12,692 bases of DNA from Desulfosoma sp. (GCA_037481835.1 JBBFKW010000004.1:1-12692), one strand, 5' to 3'; positions 1 through 8,617 are shown, numbered from the stretch's first letter. Numbers and translations: made by a program. The notes: generated by a model not told the origin, from the letters alone.

Positions 1-954
1 AGAACGAAGTTCGTCGCTTACCTCATTTACAGTTTCGTCATCAGCGCCTTCATCTACCCCATCTTCGGCAGTTGGGCCTGGGGCGGTCTCTTTCACGGGA
101 AAGGATGGCTGGAGAATTTGGGCTTCATTGATTTCGCCGGATCCACGGTGGTGCATTCCGTCGGCGGGTGGGCCTCCCTGGCGGGGGCCATGATCTTGGG
201 GCCTCGCCTGGGAAAATACGACGCTCAGGGTCGTCCTCGGGCCATTCCCGGCCACAACCTGCCCTTGGCCACGTTGGGTGTGTTCATTCTATGGATCGGT
301 TGGTTCGGCTTTAATCCAGGTTCCACCACCGCCGGCATCAAGGACATCTCCTGGATCTTCGTCAACACCAACTTGGCAGCGGCCGCAGGGGTGGTGGGCG
401 CCCTCGTGACGATTTGGTCCATCACCAAGAAACCCGATTTGGCCATGACCTTAAACGGGGCCTTGGCGGGCCTTGTGGGCATCACGGCCCCGTGCAACAC
501 GGTGAGTCCGACAAGCGCCGTTATCATCGGATTGGTTGCCGGCATCCTTGTGGTCCTTTCGGTCATTGCGGTGGATCGCGCCGGGGTGGATGATCCCGTC
601 GGCGCCATCTCGGTCCACGGGGTGTGCGGGGTCTGGGGCACACTCTCTGCGGCCATCTTTCACATCGATGGTTTTTCCTGGGGGCAGCTCGGCGTCCAGG
701 CCCTCGGCGCGGGAGCGGCTTTTATCTGGACCTTTTCCACGGCCTACCTTACCTTTCGCGTGATCAAGGCCGTGGTCGGGCTCCGGGTAAGCCCCGAGGA
801 GGAAATCGAAGGGCTTGATGTGGGCGAACACGGCGAGAGCGCCTACCCCGACTTCGTCCTTGTGGTGGGCGCCTCGGCCGGAATGGGCCAGGGGACCCCG
901 AAACCCGAAAAGGCTTATGCCATGAAGACCGATCCGGCCAAAGCGCCGATCTAG
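1..954 (+). CDS. amtB: Ammonium transporter (Amt/AmtB family), 5'-truncated by the window edge
   Basis: Frame 1 is open from base 1 (RTKFVAYLIYSFVISAFIYPIFGSWAWGG...), so the TTG at 118 is internal. Amt motifs: DFAGSTVVHSVGG (first pore His), LGPRLGKY, LWIGWFGFNPGS, NGALAGLVGITA, DDPVGAISVHGVCG (second pore His), and C-terminal LRVSPEEEIEGLDVGEHGESAY. Stop TAG 952-954. Confidence 0.97.
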   Translation, partial: RTKFVAYLIYSFVISAFIYPIFGSWAWGGLFHGKGWLENLGFIDFAGSTVVHSVGGWASLAGAMILGPRLGKYDAQGRPRAIPGHNLPLATLGVFILWIGWFGFNPGSTTAGIKDISWIFVNTNLAAAAGVVGALVTIWSITKKPDLAMTLNGALAGLVGITAPCNTVSPTSAVIIGLVAGILVVLSVIAVDRAGVDDPVGAISVHGVCGVWGTLSAAIFHIDGFSWGQLGVQALGAGAAFIWTFSTAYLTFRVIKAVVGLRVSPEEEIEGLDVGEHGESAYPDFVLVVGASAGMGQGTPKPEKAYAMKTDPAKAPI

Positions 955-975
955 ATCCCTGAGCGTGTCCGGCAC

Positions 976-991
976 AGCCACGTTCGTGGCT
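976..991. other. Short hairpin/inverted repeat downstream of amtB (possible pause or mRNA-stabilising stem)
   Basis: AGCCAC-GTTC-GTGGCT lies about 20 nt after the amtB stop. It has no U-tract, so it is not a classical intrinsic terminator. Confidence 0.3.
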
Positions 992-1089
992 CTGGCCTTC
1001 CAGGGCATGCTCCGCCGGGGGGCGCCTCCGGAACCGTTGATCGGATCGGGGGCGCTCCAGCCCGGTGGCGCTTCAGGCACGAACACAGT

Positions 1090-2505
1090 ATGTGGAAGAA
1101 TGAAGGGCACGAGCTCCATATTCGGTATCAGCGCCAGCAGTTGATCCCGGGCTGGCGGCAGGAAAGGCTGAGCACGGCCTCGGTGGGTGTGGTGGGAAGC
1201 GGGCCGTGGCCGGCCTCTTTTTTTCTTGCGGCGGCAACGGCTTTGGGCATCCGACGGTTGGTGATCGTCTGCCCTCACCTGCACGATCCCTTCGTCACCC
1301 TGGCTCGAGACTTGGACCCCGGCATGGAGATCGCCCATTTGGAAGGATGGTTGGCGCATCCCGCCACGGCGGCCCTTCTTGACGGATGCTCGGTCCTCGT
1401 GGACTTTTCCCAGTTGGGTCTTACCAACAAGATCCTCTTCAACACGGCGCGCAAACAATCCAAACCCCTGATCTCAGTGCGATGTCTTAAAGACAGGCCC
1501 CACGCCGGGTTTCGACTTCTAAGCACCCAACCTGGAAAGGAGACGGCGACAATCCGGACCATGGTTTCCTCCCACTCATTGACCGCCGTCGGCTGGGACG
1601 ATCCCGCTACGGCCATGGCCGCCGCCGGCCTGGCTCTGGAAGAAATCAGACGGATCCTTTTCGAGGCCCCTCAGACCCCGACCTTAATGGAATACGCGCG
1701 GCCCGATCCCACGGCGATTCCCGAGAACCTGCACGTCGCCGTCATCGGCGCCGGAGCGCTGGGAAACTTCGCCTCCTTGGCGTTGGTCCTTTCGGGATGC
1801 CGGCACATCACCCTGTGGGATCCCGACCGAGTGGACATCACCAACCTGAACCGGCAGATTTTCTTCGCCGGGCAGGTAGGCGCCTTCAAAGCCCCGGCGC
1901 TGGCGCACCGGCTTAACACCCTTTTCGGGGCGAAGGCTCGAGGGCTGCCGCAGCCTTTCGATGAAAAGACCGATCTTTCGGCTTTCGACGCCGTTTTGGA
2001 CTGCGTGGACACTTTCGAAACGCGCCTGCTCATCAGCCGCCGCGCCCAAGACTTGGGAAAAATCTTGATTTCCGGAGGAACCGGCCCAGACAAAGGCCAA
2101 GTGGTGGCCTACCACCCCTCCCGTAGTGCTGAAACGCCGGCTGAGCTTCTCAAGATGGACCAAATCCTTTCCCGGAGGCGGGCGGCAGAGGGTATTGAAC
2201 CTATCGGCCAAGGCTTTCTTTCGGGAACCGCGGGCCGTGAAGCCTTGCACAACGGGGCCGAAGCGCCCGCCTCTGTTTGGGGACCCCCCCCAAAAAGCCG
2301 TCGCCCCCAGTCTCCCCAGGACAACGCCTCGTGCCTCGTTCAAGCCGATCCGTCGGTTGTCATGAGCAACGTGATCATCGGCGCCTTCATGGTCGATGCC
2401 CTGCGCCGACTCCTCTCCGGCGAACCTCCGATTCTCCTCTTCTATGAATCGTCGGAAAAGAACGGCCTTCGCCTCACCGTCTCATTTCAATCGAGCCTCG
2501 AATAA
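1090..2505 (+). CDS. Tandem ThiF/MoeB/E1-like adenylyltransferase (degenerate N-terminal domain + intact C-terminal domain)
   Basis: The N-domain begins RYQRQQLIPGWRQERLSTASVGVVGSG (MoeB-type N-terminus, broken Gly motif). The C-domain has VAVIGAGALG, DPDRVDITNLNRQIFF, GAFKA, FDAVLDCVDTFETRLLIS, SC(415)LVQADPSVV and a closing helix. No CxxC Zn pairs. The start at 1090 has no clear RBS. Confidence 0.88.
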   Translation: MWKNEGHELHIRYQRQQLIPGWRQERLSTASVGVVGSGPWPASFFLAAATALGIRRLVIVCPHLHDPFVTLARDLDPGMEIAHLEGWLAHPATAALLDGCSVLVDFSQLGLTNKILFNTARKQSKPLISVRCLKDRPHAGFRLLSTQPGKETATIRTMVSSHSLTAVGWDDPATAMAAAGLALEEIRRILFEAPQTPTLMEYARPDPTAIPENLHVAVIGAGALGNFASLALVLSGCRHITLWDPDRVDITNLNRQIFFAGQVGAFKAPALAHRLNTLFGAKARGLPQPFDEKTDLSAFDAVLDCVDTFETRLLISRRAQDLGKILISGGTGPDKGQVVAYHPSRSAETPAELLKMDQILSRRRAAEGIEPIGQGFLSGTAGREALHNGAEAPASVWGPPPKSRRPQSPQDNASCLVQADPSVVMSNVIIGAFMVDALRRLLSGEPPILLFYESSEKNGLRLTVSFQSSLE

Positions 2506-2534
2506 AAAAGGCGGCCTCGTCGAGACCGCCTTTT
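2504..2534. terminator. Bidirectional rho-independent terminator between the convergent ThiF-like gene and fadB
   Basis: AAAAAAGGCGGCCTCGTCGAGACCGCCTTTT is a GC-rich stem flanked by an A-run and a T-run. On the minus strand the single mismatch becomes a U-G pair and the stem is followed by U6. Confidence 0.9.
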
Positions 2535-2588
2535 CACACCCTCTCCCAGCCCCTCCTGCCGGGAATCGGGCCCCCTCTCTCTTCTTTC

Positions 2589-4634
2589 CTAGAAACTGAA
2601 GAACACCTTCTGGAGCACTTTGGGCGTCACGCCCGCCATGTCAAGATACATGGTGATGCCACCCATAAAGAACGGCCAGCCGGCTCCCATAATCATGGCC
2701 AGGTCCACATCGCGCGAGCTGTCCACGATTTTTTCCTTGAGAATCAGATCGATTTCCCGGGCAAGGTTGCTCAGGACGCGGTCCCGGATTTCTTCGGGTT
2801 GAAATTCCTTTTGAGCCGTTTTCACCCAAAGCTTTTCCACTTCGGGATCGACCTTTTTGGTCTTGGATCCGGGCACGTAGATGCTCTTCTTGCCGGCGTC
2901 CACCAGTTTCTTGAAATTGGCGTTCAATGGGAACCGTTCCGAACCGAAGGCGTGGTTCAAGGTTTCCGCCACGTGGTAGGCTACGGGGAAACCGACCAAG
3001 GCCAGCAGGTCGAAGGGCGCCATGGGGAGGCCGAGGCTCAGCAACGCCTCGTCCACCTGAGCGAAATCGGCTCCTTCGTCCACCATGGTCAGGCAGTCGG
3101 CGAGCATCTTGGTGAGGATCCGATTCACCAGGAAGGCGGGAGCGTCTTTGACGAGCACGCCCGTCTTCTTGAGTTTTTTGGCCAGGTCGAAAGCGGTGGC
3201 CAAGGTGAGGTCGTTGGTCTGCGGGGTCTTGATCACTTCCACAAGGGGCAGAACGGCCACCGGGTTGAAGAAATGGAAGCCCACAACCCGTTCGGGATGT
3301 TTGAGGTCCGCGCCCATCTCCGTGACACTCAGCGACGACGTGTTCGTCGCCAGGATGCATTCGGGGCCGACCACCGCTTCCAGTTCCGCAAACACCTGCT
3401 TCTTGATCTCCATCCGTTCGAAGACGGCTTCGATGACGAAGTCGCAATCGGCGAAGTCATCGTAGCTCAACGTGCCGTGGAGCAAGCTGGAAAGGTACCG
3501 GGCACGGGCTTCCGGCATGCGGCCTTTTTCCACCATTTTCTGAAATTCTTGATGGACGTAGGCGCACCCTTTGTCCACGAATTCCTGCTTGATGTCTTTC
3601 ATGACAACGGGCACGCCCAGGCGGTAGATGAAAAGCTGGGCCAACTGTGAAGCCATCAAGCCAGCGCCGATGATGCCGACCTTCTTGATGGGCTTGGGCT
3701 TGGCATCGGGCACGCCCTTGACCTTCTTGGCATAGCGGTTGACCAAATCGAAGGCGTAGATGGAGCACTTGCACTGGCGGCTCTTGACCAGATCGCCCAA
3801 CGCCTTGTTTTCCTCTTCAAAACCGCGATCCACATCCCAGGTGACGGCCCCTTCGACAAGTTCGATGGCTCGGTAGGGGGCCGGCGCCGCGCCGTGGACT
3901 TTAGCGTCCACGAATTCCTTGGCCTTTTGGATCACGGTCTTGAGATTCGTCGTCTTCGGCGCCTGCCGTTCCACCTTTTCGCTGCCGGCGATGATCCCCA
4001 TAAGGAACCGCAGGGAGTCGTCGAAGAATTCGGCGCCGTCGAACAGGCGGTCGGCCAGGCCCATTTCATACGCCTGGGGCCCGGTGATCATGCGGTTTTG
4101 GTTCAAGGCGTTGAAAATAATGAGTTCCAAGGCTTTTTCGGGGCCGAGAAGCTTGGTGGCCAGGGTGCAGCCGCCCCAGCCGGGAACAAGCCCGATGAAG
4201 CATTCGGGAAAGCCCATGGCCGGAACACTTCGGGCCACGGTCCGGTATTGGCAGTACAGGCCGATTTCCAAACCACCGCCCAAGGCGACGCCGTTATAGG
4301 CCGCCACTGTCGGGAAAGGCAGGTCCATGAGGCGCTTCATGATCGTGTGGCCCGCCTTGCCGATCTGATAGCCTTGCTCGAACGTGGTGACGAAAGGCAC
4401 CTGGGTGAGATCGGCTCCCGCGGCGAAGATATAGGGTTTTCCCGTCAGCATGAGCCCCTTCACGTCGCCGTGGGCCAAAACCGTGTTGATGGCTTCGTTG
4501 AGCGACATGAGGGCCGCTTCGCTGAACACGTTGGGCTTTTTGTAATCATGCCCGTTGTCCATGGTCACGATGGCCAGTGTGCCAACGGGAGAATTCCAAA
4601 AATTGACGAAGAACTTGGTGACCGGTTCGCCCAT
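2589..4634 (-). CDS. fadB: Multifunctional enoyl-CoA hydratase / 3-hydroxyacyl-CoA dehydrogenase (FadB/FadJ-type alpha subunit)
   Basis: Crotonase motifs FAAGADL, ALGGGLEI and FPECFIGLVPGWGG (both catalytic Glu). Dehydrogenase motifs IIGAGLMA, VIEAVFE, ATNTSSL, GFHFFNP..LVEV and FLVNRIL. 681 aa. Purine-rich RBS (AAGGGGGG) upstream of the ATG at 4634. Confidence 0.95.
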   Translation of the reverse strand: MGEPVTKFFVNFWNSPVGTLAIVTMDNGHDYKKPNVFSEAALMSLNEAINTVLAHGDVKGLMLTGKPYIFAAGADLTQVPFVTTFEQGYQIGKAGHTIMKRLMDLPFPTVAAYNGVALGGGLEIGLYCQYRTVARSVPAMGFPECFIGLVPGWGGCTLATKLLGPEKALELIIFNALNQNRMITGPQAYEMGLADRLFDGAEFFDDSLRFLMGIIAGSEKVERQAPKTTNLKTVIQKAKEFVDAKVHGAAPAPYRAIELVEGAVTWDVDRGFEEENKALGDLVKSRQCKCSIYAFDLVNRYAKKVKGVPDAKPKPIKKVGIIGAGLMASQLAQLFIYRLGVPVVMKDIKQEFVDKGCAYVHQEFQKMVEKGRMPEARARYLSSLLHGTLSYDDFADCDFVIEAVFERMEIKKQVFAELEAVVGPECILATNTSSLSVTEMGADLKHPERVVGFHFFNPVAVLPLVEVIKTPQTNDLTLATAFDLAKKLKKTGVLVKDAPAFLVNRILTKMLADCLTMVDEGADFAQVDEALLSLGLPMAPFDLLALVGFPVAYHVAETLNHAFGSERFPLNANFKKLVDAGKKSIYVPGSKTKKVDPEVEKLWVKTAQKEFQPEEIRDRVLSNLAREIDLILKEKIVDSSRDVDLAMIMGAGWPFFMGGITMYLDMAGVTPKVLQKVFFSF

Positions 4635-4646
4635 GATATTCCCCCC

Positions 4647-5843
4647 TTATTCGGACTTCGCGGTTTGAAGGTTTTCCCAAATGACCGATCCCCCTTGCCC
4701 CAGGCCCACACACATGGCGGCCAAGCCGTAACGCGCTTCCGGATGGGCTTCGAAGTAGTGCATGAGGTGAATCATGAGACGGGGTCCGGAAGAGGCCAAA
4801 GGATGGCCGAAGGCGATGGCGCCGCCGTAGGGGTTGAGGCGCTTGTCGTCAGGGAATTTCATGCCGAATTCCTTCATGAAGACCACGGCCTGTACCGCGA
4901 AGGCCTCGTTGAGTTCGATGACGTCCAGATCGTCGAACTTCAGGCCCGTGCGCTCCAAGACTTTCCTAGTGGACGGGACCGGGCCGTAGCCCATGATTTC
5001 CGGCTTCACGCCGGCAAAGGCGTAGCCCACCAGGCGCATCTTGGGTTTGAGGCCCAGTTCCTTTGCTTTTTCGGCGGACATGAGCAACACGCCGCAGGCA
5101 CCGTCGTTCAGCCCGGAAGCATTGCCCGGGGTGACCTTGCCCTGAACCCGAAAGGGCGTCCTCAAGGTGGCCAAAGCTTCCATGGTCGTTTCCGGGCGGG
5201 GTTGTTCATCTCGATCGGCCACGACCCAGCCGTTCTTGGTGTAGACAGTCATGGGCACGATCATTTTCTGGATAATGCCGTCCTGGTAGGCCTTGTGGGC
5301 TTTCTTCTGGCACAAGAGGGCGTACTCGTCGGCCATTTCCTTGGTGATTTCGGGGAACATGTCGTGCAGGTTTTCCGCCGTCTTTCCCATGACCAGGGCA
5401 TCTTCGGACACGATTTTTTCCGCCACGAAACGCGGGTTGGGGTCGGCCGTAGCCCCCATGGGATGATGGCCCATGTGCTCCACCCCGCCGGCGATGGCCA
5501 CGTCCACGGAACCCAAAGCGATTTCCGACGCGGCACAGGTCACCGCCGTCATGCCGCCGGCGCACATGCGATCCACGGAAAAGCCCGCCGTGGAAACGGG
5601 AAGGCCCGCCAAGATGGCCGACGTCCGGCCCAGGGTCAGCCCCTGGTCGCCTTCCTGCGTGGTGGCGCCCCAGACGTTTTCTTCCACCATTTCGGGTTTC
5701 ACCTGGGGGTTGCGCCGCAAGAGTTCACGAATGACCTTGACCACCATGTCGTCGGCCCGGGTCATCCAGAAAATGCCCTTTTCCCCGGCCTTGCCAAAGG
5801 CCGTTCGAATACCGTCAACCAGAACCACGTCCCTTGCCTTCAT
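4647..5843 (-). CDS. fadA: Acetyl-CoA C-acyltransferase (3-ketoacyl-CoA thiolase)
   Basis: Motifs DRMCAGG (nucleophilic Cys), GNASGLNDGA, ELNEAFA, GGAIAFGHP and MCVGLGQG. Start placed at ATG 5843 (MKARDVV, 398 aa) because AAGGAGG lies 7 nt upstream; the ORF-track start at 5870 overlaps the upstream gene's stop. Confidence 0.96.
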   Translation of the reverse strand: MKARDVVLVDGIRTAFGKAGEKGIFWMTRADDMVVKVIRELLRRNPQVKPEMVEENVWGATTQEGDQGLTLGRTSAILAGLPVSTAGFSVDRMCAGGMTAVTCAASEIALGSVDVAIAGGVEHMGHHPMGATADPNPRFVAEKIVSEDALVMGKTAENLHDMFPEITKEMADEYALLCQKKAHKAYQDGIIQKMIVPMTVYTKNGWVVADRDEQPRPETTMEALATLRTPFRVQGKVTPGNASGLNDGACGVLLMSAEKAKELGLKPKMRLVGYAFAGVKPEIMGYGPVPSTRKVLERTGLKFDDLDVIELNEAFAVQAVVFMKEFGMKFPDDKRLNPYGGAIAFGHPLASSGPRLMIHLMHYFEAHPEARYGLAAMCVGLGQGGSVIWENLQTAKSE

Positions 5844-5862
5844 GAGATGTCCTCCTTGTTGT

Positions 5863-7722
5863 TTACACAAGAGCGAAAGCGGTTTCGGGAATTTCCAGAG
5901 GCGATTTGTCGCTGGTCATGATGGCCCGCGCTTTGCCGGACGCCTGGGTGAGCACCTGGGTCATCCAGTACTTGGCCGAAGCGATTTTGCCCGCATAAAA
6001 GGCGGCACTCCGGTTGGATTCCAGCACGGCCTGGCGCGATTTGTCGTCCTTGGCCCCGTGATCGGCGTAGATTTCGTAGAGCTTGCGATCGGCAAGGTAG
6101 GCTTGCCACAGGAGCAAGAGCCCGATGGTCACATCGCCGAAAAGATCCAGATAGGGCTTGGCGTAGAGGATGGGCACGTGGAATTCGTCGGTCATGCCCT
6201 TAAGGCCGAAGAACTTGGTCACCTGGAGCAGGCTTTCGGCGGCTTCTTCGTAGATCTCGATGAGTTCGCGCATGCGGTAGTTCTTCTTGAATTTGCCCAC
6301 CATCTCCCGGCTGAACTTGACGGCGTTGGTGAAAAGCAATCCTCGCTTCATGGCGATTTTGCGACCGACCAAATCCAGGGCCTGAATGCCGTTGGTGCCT
6401 TCGTAAATGGAGGCAATTTTGCAGTCGCGCAGGAACTGCTCCACGGGGTATTCCGAGGTAAAGCCATAGCCGCCGTAGACCTGGACGGCTGTTTCGCAGA
6501 CTCGGAAACCCAAGTCGCTTCCCATGGATTTGCAGATGGGAATCAACAGATCCACATACCCCTGATACAGGTCCCGCTCCTCATCGGATTCGGCCACCCG
6601 CACGCGATCCAGGCAGTAGGCGGCAAGATGCATGAGCGCCCGCAGGCCTTCCGTGCTGGCCTTCATGAACATGAGCATCCGACGGACATCGGGATGATTG
6701 ATGATGGCCACCCGCTCCGCCCCGGGATCCTTCATCTTTTCCACGGGGGTGCCCTGGACCCGCTCTTTGGCGTACTGGAGCGCATGGAGGTAGGCTGTGC
6801 TTGCATGGGCCAGGCCCTGCATGCCGACGAAAAGGCGCGCTTCGTTCATCATGTCAAACATGATGCGCATGCCCTTGTTGGGTTCCCCCATGAGGTAGCC
6901 CAGGCATTTGCCGTTTTCGCCGAAATTCAGCACACAGGTGGCCGATCCGTGGATGCCCATCTTGTGCTCGATGCCGCCGCAATTGACATCGTTATCCACC
7001 AGATTGCCCTGGTCATCGACGAGGAGGCGGGGAACCAGGAAGATGGAAATGCCCTTGGTGCCCTTGGGCGCACCTTCGATTCGGGCCAAAACCATGTGGA
7101 CAATGTTTTCCGTGAGATCGTGCATGCCCGAAGAGATGAAAATCTTCTGGCCTTCGATCTTGTAGGTGCCGTCGCCCTGCGGGATCGCCCGGGTGCGCAG
7201 ATTCCCCACGTCGCTTCCCGCGCCGGCTTCCGTCAGGCACATGGTGCCGCCCCATTCGCCGGAAAACATCTTGAACATGTATTTTTCCTGGAGCTCGGGC
7301 GTGCCGTACTTTTGGAGCAGCCGGGCGGCACCGTGGGTCAAGCCCGGGTACATGAGCAGGGACCAGTTGGCGGCGGCGAAAAATTCCACGCACGCGTTGG
7401 AAACCGTAAAGGGAAAGCCCTGACCGCCCACGTCGGGGTCATCCGCCATGGCCAACCAGCCGCCTTCGCAGTAGAGTCGGTACGGCTGATGGAAGCATTC
7501 GGGAACCTTGACCTGACCGTTTTCAAAACGGCACCCTTCTTTATCCCCCTTCTTGTTGGTGGGGTAGAATTCCTGTTCCGCAAGCTTTTCCGCCTGTTCC
7601 AGAGCCATGTCGAACATCTCCTTGGAATATTCGGAAAAGAGCGGGTACTTGCACAGATCTTCAACGCCCAACTGTTCAAAAAGAACAAACTTGAGATCCC
7701 TTTCATCCACAAGCAACTTCAT
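5863..7722 (-). CDS. Acyl-CoA dehydrogenase (long, about 600-aa type with extra C-terminal domain)
   Basis: Motifs MCLTEAGAGSDV, GQKIFIS, IEHKMGIHGSATC, QVYGGYGF and RDCKIASIYEGTNGIQALDL (catalytic Glu). RBS AAGGAGGA at about 7730-7737 on the minus strand. Confidence 0.96.
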   Translation of the reverse strand: MKLLVDERDLKFVLFEQLGVEDLCKYPLFSEYSKEMFDMALEQAEKLAEQEFYPTNKKGDKEGCRFENGQVKVPECFHQPYRLYCEGGWLAMADDPDVGGQGFPFTVSNACVEFFAAANWSLLMYPGLTHGAARLLQKYGTPELQEKYMFKMFSGEWGGTMCLTEAGAGSDVGNLRTRAIPQGDGTYKIEGQKIFISSGMHDLTENIVHMVLARIEGAPKGTKGISIFLVPRLLVDDQGNLVDNDVNCGGIEHKMGIHGSATCVLNFGENGKCLGYLMGEPNKGMRIMFDMMNEARLFVGMQGLAHASTAYLHALQYAKERVQGTPVEKMKDPGAERVAIINHPDVRRMLMFMKASTEGLRALMHLAAYCLDRVRVAESDEERDLYQGYVDLLIPICKSMGSDLGFRVCETAVQVYGGYGFTSEYPVEQFLRDCKIASIYEGTNGIQALDLVGRKIAMKRGLLFTNAVKFSREMVGKFKKNYRMRELIEIYEEAAESLLQVTKFFGLKGMTDEFHVPILYAKPYLDLFGDVTIGLLLLWQAYLADRKLYEIYADHGAKDDKSRQAVLESNRSAAFYAGKIASAKYWMTQVLTQASGKARAIMTSDKSPLEIPETAFALV

Positions 7723-7773
7723 GTCCGTATCCTCCTTTGCGGAAATGTATCCATCTTTAAGGACAAGAAACCC

Positions 7774-8430
7774 TTAGCCAGGGCGAGCCATCATATCCTC
7801 CGGCGCTGCGGCCGCGGCCCCCTCCCGCAGCCCGTTCAGGAAGAGGTCCATGAGGGGGTCGGTCAGGGATTCCAAATCGTAGGGACGACCCGCCAGCACC
7901 CACGTGGACACCACTTCATCCAAAGCGCCAAAGATGAATCTTTTCACCAAACCCAATGGGATATCCTTGCGAAAAACTCCCTGTTGCTGCCCTTCCCGGA
8001 CCACATCGCCCATGAGGTCCAGGTATTTCTTGAGTTCAACCTTCTTGTATTCGCGCATGAAGCGGCTGCTCTGGCGCAGTTCCACCTGCAGCACGGCCGC
8101 CAGTTCGGGGTAGGCTTGGAACCCGGCGAGATGCATGGCGATGAGCTTGCGGAAACGCCGCACGGGATCTTTTTCCGCGGCCAAAGCCTCGCGGAACTTG
8201 ACGTTGATCTCCTTCATCTTCTCTTCGAAGATGGAAATGAGAAGGTCGTCCTTGTTGATGAAATAGAGATAAATGGTCCCGTCGGCCACGCCCGCCATGC
8301 GGGCGATGTCGGAAACCCGGGCTTGAAAGAAGCCCTTTTCCGCAAAAACCTTCACGGCCGCGTCCAGGATGCGCCGCCTCTTGTCCGAATTCTTGGAATG
8401 GATCCGCTCGTTCGCCATGATGTTCCGCAT
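7774..8430 (-). CDS. fadR: TetR/AcrR-family regulator, Bacillus FadR(YsiA)-like fatty-acid degradation repressor
   Basis: HTH ILDAAVKVFAEKGFFQARVSDIARMAGVADGTIYLYFINKDDLL. The C-domain LAAVLQVELRQS...IFGALDEVVSTWVL resembles YsiA as recalled. It is the first gene of the beta-oxidation operon. The start could be 8430 or 8418. Confidence 0.9.
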   Translation of the reverse strand: MRNIMANERIHSKNSDKRRRILDAAVKVFAEKGFFQARVSDIARMAGVADGTIYLYFINKDDLLISIFEEKMKEINVKFREALAAEKDPVRRFRKLIAMHLAGFQAYPELAAVLQVELRQSSRFMREYKKVELKKYLDLMGDVVREGQQQGVFRKDIPLGLVKRFIFGALDEVVSTWVLAGRPYDLESLTDPLMDLFLNGLREGAAAAAPEDMMARPG

Positions 8431-8439
8431 GCCCCGCTC

Positions 8440-8459
8440 ATGAATGAACCATCATTCAT
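8440..8459. promoter_or_regulatory. FadR operator palindrome ATGAATGA-N4-TCATTCAT
   Basis: Perfect 8-bp inverted arms with a 4-bp spacer, between the -10 box and the TetR start codon. It matches the arms of the B. subtilis FadR box (TGAATGA-N4-TCATTCA). Confidence 0.88.
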
Positions 8460-8465
8460 CCGCTG

Positions 8466-8493
8466 ATTAAACTGTTTCCCCCGACTCTGTCAA
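8466..8493 (-). promoter_or_regulatory. sigma70-type promoter for the fad operon
   Basis: The minus strand reads TTGACA (8493-8488), a 16-nt spacer, then TTTAAT (8471-8466). The predicted start site (about 8459) coincides with the operator edge. Confidence 0.75.
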
Positions 8494-8617
8494 GGGAAAA
8501 ACGAGCCCGGCAAGGAAAGACGCTCTCGTCGGGCTGGCCGAGCTTTCTTGGACCGCACGTTTGGCGAAAGGATGGAGGGAAGACTGGGCAAAGCGGCGAC
8601 GGCTTGGCGATTCTTAC

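Noticed and set aside
1017..1074. Imperfect GGCGC(C)TCC-like direct repeats between amtB and the E1-like gene
   Set aside because: Short, irregularly spaced and expected by chance in GC-rich DNA. Not CRISPR-like.
2284..2296. C8-A5 run / C CCA AAA slippery-like heptamer in the E1-like gene
   Set aside because: The reading frame is intact and the conserved C-terminal motifs follow in frame 0. There is no evidence for frameshifting or phase variation.
3894..5921. 675-aa plus-strand ORF (and 2799-3650)
   Set aside because: In-register antisense shadow of fadB and fadA.
5473..8466. 997-aa plus-strand ORF
   Set aside because: It is codon-aligned antisense to the acyl-CoA dehydrogenase and TetR genes, which share a frame. 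It stays open because TTA/CTA/TCA codons are rare in GC-rich genes. No recognisable motifs.
8500..8610. Possible riboswitch or ncRNA in the divergent intergenic region (AGCCCG...CGGGCT arms, GAAA and GCAAAGC words)
   Set aside because: Spacing and pairing do not fit the c-di-GMP-I or any other family I recognise. An Rfam/Infernal scan would settle it.
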